Source of the DNA: an uncultured Candidatus Micrarchaeota archaeon
GTDB taxonomy: Archaea; Micrarchaeota; Micrarchaeia; Anstonellales; Bilamarchaeaceae
DNA length: 64,000 nucleotides
Reading direction: 5' to 3'
Assembly (NCBI GenBank): GCA_963714085.1
Contig: OY970229.1
Coordinates: 1,056,001 to 1,120,000 of the forward strand
Shown here: piece after piece, positions 58,700-64,000 of the stretch
Numbering within the stretch: the stretch's first letter is position 1
How the letters are laid out: every line of letters begins with the position of its first letter
Position numbers and translations under genes: made by a program
The notes under the pieces: model-generated
Told to the model about the DNA's origin: nothing
Database searches by the model: none
What the model saw: only the letters and a program-made list of their open reading frames with translations

Positions 58700-59260
58700 A
58701 TGATTCAGGAATGGGCGAAGTTCAAAGGATGGAGTGTCATGGAATACTTCCTGCTGAACCCGAATACGAAGATTCACATCAATGCCCTGGCCAGGGAACT
58801 GGGTATCTCCCCGAGGACAGCGCACGTCTTCTGCCAGGCGTACTACGAAGACGGGCTGTTTTTGAGAGAGGAGATCGGGAACATCCGCAGATTCTCTCTC
58901 AACGGAAGTGATTCGAGGGCGATCAGCCTCAAGAGGTTCATAGGGCCGTATCTCGTGTCCGACAAATCGCGCCTCAAGCCGTTCCTCGAGAAAAACAGCA
59001 ACGTCCTTTCCATCTCCATATATGGCAGCTTCGCAACCGGCGAGTACGGCGACCAGAGCGACCTAGACATACTGGTGCTGGCTGCCGACGAGAAAAAGCT
59101 GGATACAAGAGACCTGGCTTCCATAGAGCAGAAACTCGGCAGGGAAGCCGCCGTCACCACGATCCCCCTCGCGAAATGGAGGGCGATGGAAAGGAAAAAG
59201 CAGGACTTCTTCCTCTCGGTGAGGAAGAACTCTGTTCTCGTGTGGGGTAATCCGATATAG
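58700..59260 (+). CDS. HTH plus minimal nucleotidyltransferase (MNT) domain protein
   Basis: HINALARELGIS; YGSFATGEY...SDLDILV. Confidence 0.88.
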   Translation: MIQEWAKFKGWSVMEYFLLNPNTKIHINALARELGISPRTAHVFCQAYYEDGLFLREEIGNIRRFSLNGSDSRAISLKRFIGPYLVSDKSRLKPFLEKNSNVLSISIYGSFATGEYGDQSDLDILVLAADEKKLDTRDLASIEQKLGREAAVTTIPLAKWRAMERKKQDFFLSVRKNSVLVWGNPI

Positions 59261-59325
59261 TATCATGACGTTACAAACGCTTTAATTTCATTCCCTATCA
59301 TCTATCCCCCAAGCAGGTGCTATTC

Positions 59326-60420
59326 ATGGACATAGAGACCAAAATCGACCTCGTGAAGAGGAAGCCGACCGAGGAGGTCGTGACCGAGCAGGCGCTCAGG
59401 GAGATATTCGAGGCCTACGAGCATCCCAGGCACTACATCGGTTTCGAGATATCCGGGAAAGTGCATCTCGGGACCGGGCTCTGCACCATGCTGAAGATAA
59501 AGGACTTCCTGGAAGCCGGGATCAAGCCCACGATATGGCTAGCGGACTACCATACATGGATAAACGGCAAATTAGGCGGCGACCTGGAACGCATACAACG
59601 CATCGCAGAAGGCTATTTCAAGCACGCTTTCATCTCCCTGGGCCTCGAGGAGGGGAAAGTTGACTATCTGCTCGAAAGCAAGAAGTGCGACAACGACTAC
59701 TGGGCGGACGTGCTTCGCATCACGAAGGACACCACCATGAAAAGGATGCTGCGCTGCATCACTATAATGGGGAGGAAGGAGAGCGAGACGCTCTATAGCT
59801 CCTCAGTGGTCTATCCGGCCATGCAGGTCGCGGACATATTCATGCTTGACGTGCAAATCGCGCACGCAGGAATGGACCAGAGGAAGGTGCACATGCTCGC
59901 GCACGAGCTCGCGCCGAAGTTCGGGAACAGGAAGATTGCCTCTGTCCACCACCGCCTGCTGCCCGGGCTGCAGGGCGTCCAGAGGATGGACGCCTCAAAG
60001 CTGCAGGCGCAGTCGAAAGAGGAGCGCGTGGATGCGGAAATAGACATGAAGATGAGCAAGTCCGTCCCCGGAAGCGCAATATTCGTGCACGACAGCGAGG
60101 ATGAGATAAAGAAAAAAATCGGGGCCGCGTATTGCCCCGAGAAGGCCACGGAGGGGAACCCGGTGTTCGAGATGGCCGAGTACCTGATCCTGCGCGACAA
60201 GGCGATTAAGATAGAGCGCCCTGCGAAATTCGGCGGAGACCTGGAGATCCCGGATGCTGCGGCGCTAAAGAGCGTCTATTCAGAGGGTAAGCTGCACCCG
60301 ATGGACCTCAAGAACTCGGTCGCCAAAGAGCTGATCTCCGTGCTCGCGCCCTGCCGCGAGTACTTCGCGAAGAACAAGGAGTACCTGGAGCAGATCAGGG
60401 AAATCGAGATAACCCGCTGA
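59326..60420 (+). CDS. tyrS: Tyrosine--tRNA ligase
   Basis: YIGFEISGKVHLGT, YPAMQVADI, GMDQRK, KMSKS, LHPMDLK. Confidence 0.96.
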   Translation: MDIETKIDLVKRKPTEEVVTEQALREIFEAYEHPRHYIGFEISGKVHLGTGLCTMLKIKDFLEAGIKPTIWLADYHTWINGKLGGDLERIQRIAEGYFKHAFISLGLEEGKVDYLLESKKCDNDYWADVLRITKDTTMKRMLRCITIMGRKESETLYSSSVVYPAMQVADIFMLDVQIAHAGMDQRKVHMLAHELAPKFGNRKIASVHHRLLPGLQGVQRMDASKLQAQSKEERVDAEIDMKMSKSVPGSAIFVHDSEDEIKKKIGAAYCPEKATEGNPVFEMAEYLILRDKAIKIERPAKFGGDLEIPDAAALKSVYSEGKLHPMDLKNSVAKELISVLAPCREYFAKNKEYLEQIREIEITR

Positions 60421-60421
60421 G

Positions 60422-61144
60422 CTACTCGTCCGCCACGACTTCCAGCAGCCCGCCGATTATCGGGTCTATCTTGCCCTTCGCCTTCTCGGTCATGGCCACT
60501 ATCTCGTCGTGGATAAGAGGCGTCTTTGACACGCCGCACGCGTAGTTGGACACGATCGCCAGGCCGGCCATCGGTATCTCGACCTCGTGCGCGAGGATTA
60601 TCTCGTATCCCGCTGTCATGCTCACCAGGTTCGCGCCCATCTTCTTCAATGCGGCGACTTCCGCTTTGGTCTCGAACCTCGGGCCCTGGGTGGTCGCCAC
60701 GATTCCGCCCTCGGCGATCCTTATCTTCTCCGCGCTCGCTATCTCCCTCGTCCGCTCGCAGAGCTCGAAGTCGAAGGGCTCCGTGAAATCCGCGTGCTTT
60801 ATCCCGTTCGAGAAATCGTCGAAGAAGGTCACCGGAGTGTTGAACGCGATGAAGTCCTTGAGCATCACCAGGTCGTTCGGCTTGTATTTCGTTATCGCAC
60901 CGCAGGCGTAGGTGGCGAGTATCGCAGTCACGCCGAGCTTCTTGAGCGCGTAGACGTCCGCCCTATAGTTTATCCTGTGGGGCGGCAGCTCGTGCCCCTC
61001 CCCGTGCCTGGGTATGAAGTAGAGCTCCTCGTCCAGCACCTTCACACGATCCACGGTCGCATGGCCATAAGGAGTGATGACCTCCTCCTTCTCCAAGACC
61101 TTCCCCAATCCCAGATATCCGGTTCCACCTATCACGGCTAGCAT
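60422..61144 (-). CDS. MTAP/purine nucleoside phosphorylase family protein
   Basis: VIGGTG, PRHG..H..PPH.INY, GPRFETKAE, VSMT. Confidence 0.92.
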   Translation of the reverse strand: MLAVIGGTGYLGLGKVLEKEEVITPYGHATVDRVKVLDEELYFIPRHGEGHELPPHRINYRADVYALKKLGVTAILATYACGAITKYKPNDLVMLKDFIAFNTPVTFFDDFSNGIKHADFTEPFDFELCERTREIASAEKIRIAEGGIVATTQGPRFETKAEVAALKKMGANLVSMTAGYEIILAHEVEIPMAGLAIVSNYACGVSKTPLIHDEIVAMTEKAKGKIDPIIGGLLEVVADE

Positions 61145-61218
61145 GGGTATGCATGGGACTCTAAGATTTAAAGCATTAATTGCTAGGACCCCGGAACTCC
61201 ATCAAACCAAAGGTCGTC

Positions 61219-61788
61219 TTACACCAGAACATCTCTTATCATTTCAGTCAGCTTTTCCCGCACCCACCCAACCGTGACGTATCCGCTAAGGAGCACGTCG
61301 CACGCCACTGAGGCGGTTTCACGTTTTTCTATATTATGCACCCAGCCCTTCAGGGCCGCGTGCACGCAACCCAGGAGCTTCAGGCCGGCATACGCACCGA
61401 CCAGGCCCCCGACTATGAACCAGCCCGACGGGTGGCGCGGGTCGAATTTCGCCGTGTCATCCTGCCATAAATGTCCCAAGAACCCTCCAGCCGCAAAGGA
61501 TCCCACCACGGTAAACGCTGTTAAACAAAGGCTATCCCCTATCCCGGAGAACCACTCGATGAATCTTCTTCCAGGCGTGTCCGGCGCAGCCCTCACGCAC
61601 ATCACCATCTCCGGGATTCTAGCTTGCATGTCAAATGGTATGCTCCTTTCAGCCCCGTCCTTTTTACTGCGCGGAGCGCCATCCTCCGCGCCGAAGCACC
61701 GCTCGCCGAAGTACTTGTTGAATGTCGCCCTCGCCCTCTCCATGGTGGCTGGTCGCGCTCTGTAAATCAGTGGTCTTAAGTCATCCAT
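61219..61788 (-). CDS. Hypothetical membrane protein
   Basis: Two Gly-rich TM segments; TATA-like TTATAA upstream. Confidence 0.55.
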   Translation of the reverse strand: MDDLRPLIYRARPATMERARATFNKYFGERCFGAEDGAPRSKKDGAERSIPFDMQARIPEMVMCVRAAPDTPGRRFIEWFSGIGDSLCLTAFTVVGSFAAGGFLGHLWQDDTAKFDPRHPSGWFIVGGLVGAYAGLKLLGCVHAALKGWVHNIEKRETASVACDVLLSGYVTVGWVREKLTEMIRDVLV

Positions 61789-61899
61789 GAAATCTCCATC
61801 TGCTTATATAACGAAACACTTTATAACCTGTTTTGCCCCTGCCAGGGCAATCCAAAAACCGTATTAATATTGGCGATGTAATGCTCAACTGATGATTCC

Positions 61900-62601
61900 A
61901 TGGTTTCTCTTGACAAAGCGATAATCGCGTCCTACGACCGGGAGGGGAAGCATTTCGAGCTCTACGTCGACCCTGACGCGGCATATGCCTACCTGGAGGG
62001 CCAGAAGAAGGACCTCAAGAACATCCTCGTGGCAGAGGAGGTCTACGAGAACGCGAAGAAGGGCGAACGCGCGACGAGCGCGGCTGTGCAGAAGGCATTC
62101 GGCACCACGGACATAATGGGCGTCCTGGAGTTCATATTGAAGAACGGGGAGGTCCAGCTGACGACCGAGCAGAAGCGGAAGAAGCTGGAGGAGAGGAGGA
62201 AGCAGATCCTCGCCATACTGCTGCGCGAGTCCATAGACCCGCGCACCAACGCGCCCCACACGCTGATAAGGCTGGAGAACGCCTTCGAGGAGGCCAGGAT
62301 AACGGTGGACCCGTTCAAGGACGCCAGGGAGCAGCTCCCTGACGTCATCAAGAAGCTGCGGCCGCTGCTTCCGCTGAAGTTCGAGAAGGTGAGGGTCGCG
62401 GTGAAGATACCTGCCGCGTTCGCGCACCGAGCCTACGGCTCGCTCAAGGGCTGGGGCATGAAGCAGGAGGAGTGGGCCAAGAACGGCGACCTCATATGCG
62501 TGCTGGAGATTTTCGGCGGCGAGCAGGGCGACCTGTTCGACAAGCTCAACAAGATGACCGGCGGCCAGGTCGAGACCAAGATACTGGGCACCATGCAGTG
62601 A
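61900..62601 (+). CDS. Ribosome maturation factor SBDS/Sdo1
   Basis: GKHFELYVDP, AFGTTD, IDPRTNAPH. Confidence 0.95.
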   Translation: MVSLDKAIIASYDREGKHFELYVDPDAAYAYLEGQKKDLKNILVAEEVYENAKKGERATSAAVQKAFGTTDIMGVLEFILKNGEVQLTTEQKRKKLEERRKQILAILLRESIDPRTNAPHTLIRLENAFEEARITVDPFKDAREQLPDVIKKLRPLLPLKFEKVRVAVKIPAAFAHRAYGSLKGWGMKQEEWAKNGDLICVLEIFGGEQGDLFDKLNKMTGGQVETKILGTMQ

Positions 62602-62771
62602 GAGGGGCCTCTCTTAATCCATTTTAAATGTTTCCATGCTTAATCCCCCTGTTCAGAGAGACAGACAGTCGAAACACATTGCTATATTTTGACGTTGTGA
62701 ATTGAGCGGCGGTGCAGCTGCCCGACTATTTCGGTTCATGCCCCACCATGCCGCAAGACTAGGTGAATTTG

Positions 62772-63389
62772 ATGAATGGCAGGAAGATAATCCTTCCAGG
62801 CGAGAAGATAGCCGATGGGCGGGTCCAGGTGCCGGGTGCTTTCAATTCCGGCGAAGCGACCTACGCGTCAGTTGTCGGAATGCTGGACGAGGAGGGGAGA
62901 TTCATCCCCATGGAGAAGAAGTACAGGCCCGTCGTGGACGACGTGGTGATCGGCATGGTGACCGACGCCAGGCACGCGGGCTACGACGTGGAGCTCAACC
63001 TCCCGAACGTGGGGTTCATACCCGCGCGGGACATCCGGCTCAAGCTGGAGCTGGGCGATTTCGTCGTGTGCAAGATTCGCGAGGTCACGGAGACCGGAGA
63101 CATGGACCTCGCCGATGTGCGCAGGCTGCCCAGGGGGCAGATGGTCGTGTTCCCGCCGGCCAAGGTGCCGCGGCTCATAGGCAAGAAGCTCAGCATGATA
63201 AACATGATCAAGGAGAACGTCGGCGACATACTCGTAGGCAACAACGGCTATGTCTGGATCTCTGAGAAGGCGGACATCCCGCTGGCCATACGGGTAATCA
63301 GCATGATAGACGAGGGGGCGCATTTCTCAGGCCTCACGGACAGGATCGCGGCGTTTTTCGCCAAGGAAAAGCAGAACAAGGTGATATGA
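62772..63389 (+). CDS. rrp4: Exosome RNA-binding subunit Rrp4
   Basis: ILPGE, Y.P..DDVVIG, KVPRLIGK..SMI, GNNG.VWI, AHFSGLTD. Confidence 0.93.
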   Translation: MNGRKIILPGEKIADGRVQVPGAFNSGEATYASVVGMLDEEGRFIPMEKKYRPVVDDVVIGMVTDARHAGYDVELNLPNVGFIPARDIRLKLELGDFVVCKIREVTETGDMDLADVRRLPRGQMVVFPPAKVPRLIGKKLSMINMIKENVGDILVGNNGYVWISEKADIPLAIRVISMIDEGAHFSGLTDRIAAFFAKEKQNKVI

Positions 63390-64000
63390 TGGCAAGTTCG
63401 ACATCAGAAGTCAGGCTAGTCATAGACGGCAAGCGCTTGGACGGCAGGAGCGCCGAGGACCTCAGGGAGCTGCGCATAGAGACCGGCGTGCTCCACGAGG
63501 CGGACGGCTCCGCGTTCGTGGAATGGGGAGGGAACAAGATAATCTGCGGCGTATACGGGCCGAGGGAGTGCATCCCGAGGTTCGAGGCCAGCCCGTACCG
63601 GGCGCTGGTGAAATGCAGGTACATGATGTCCCCCTTCGCGTCGTTGGAGGAGCACAGCAGGTCCGGGCCGAGCAGGAGGAGCACAGAGCTCTCCAAGGTC
63701 ATACGGGAGGTCTTCGAGAACTTGGTCATAGCGGAGAAATTCCCGAACACCCAGATAGACATCTACATCGACGTGCTCCAGGCCGAAGGCGGCACGAGGA
63801 CAGCGTCCATAACCGCTGCGGCGGTGGCGCTGGCGAACGCGGGCATACCCATGAAGGACATGGTGGCCGCGGTCGCGGTCGGCAAGGCCGACGGTCATAT
63901 GCTGGTGGACCTGGGCAAGGCCGAGGACAACTTCGGACAGTCCGACACGCCCGTCGCATTCGCGTCGCGGACCAAGGACATACTCCTCATACAGATGGAC
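63386..64000 (+). CDS. rrp41: Exosome core subunit Rrp41 (runs off window)
   Basis: RLDGR, ADGSA.VEWG, VYGPRE, PSRRS.E.SKVI, QAEGGTRTASITAA. Confidence 0.95.
   Translation, partial: MMASSTSEVRLVIDGKRLDGRSAEDLRELRIETGVLHEADGSAFVEWGGNKIICGVYGPRECIPRFEASPYRALVKCRYMMSPFASLEEHSRSGPSRRSTELSKVIREVFENLVIAEKFPNTQIDIYIDVLQAEGGTRTASITAAAVALANAGIPMKDMVAAVAVGKADGHMLVDLGKAEDNFGQSDTPVAFASRTKDILLIQMD

Noticed and set aside
1..64000. CRISPR arrays, rRNA genes, integrases, inteins
   Set aside because: None seen; no regularly spaced repeats, and LonB, DP1 and the synthetases have normal lengths

Overview
Archaeal chromosome segment with mostly GC-rich coding DNA. A DPANN/Micrarchaeota-like origin is inferred from PolD small subunit, the archaeal S-layer protein, a tandem-Lrp regulator and multi-intron tRNAs. 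Core information-processing genes dominate: DP1, five aminoacyl-tRNA synthetases (Cys, Gly, Ala, Pro, Tyr), LonB, csl4/rpoL, rps15-rps3ae-nac, the gins-L44e-S27e-aIF2alpha-nop10-PAC2 cluster, SBDS-rrp4-rrp41, RNase Z, RtcA, archease, ThpR, SRP RNA and five tRNA genes. Main observations: (1) A probable intronless-homing cassette. A DUF763 gene ends in an AT-rich recoded 3' end, followed by a PD-(D/E)XK nuclease with four helical repeats, followed by the stranded original GC-rich 3' end of DUF763. (2) An intact IS200/IS605 tnpB element, plus 14 kb away an orphan 108-nt copy of its omegaRNA/right end with a different guide. (3) A tRNA-Arg(UCU) with three BHB introns and a tRNA-Lys(CUU) with a non-canonical intron. 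(4) Apparent non-AUG starts: ATC in rps15 and CTG in lonB. (5) An unannotated 32-aa hyperacidic peptide. (6) Several odd orphan proteins: an OMP-like beta-barrel candidate, a TonB-C-like exported protein, a four-repeat protein and a ComEC-like pseudonuclease. All calls come from reading the sequence by eye; no searches were run.
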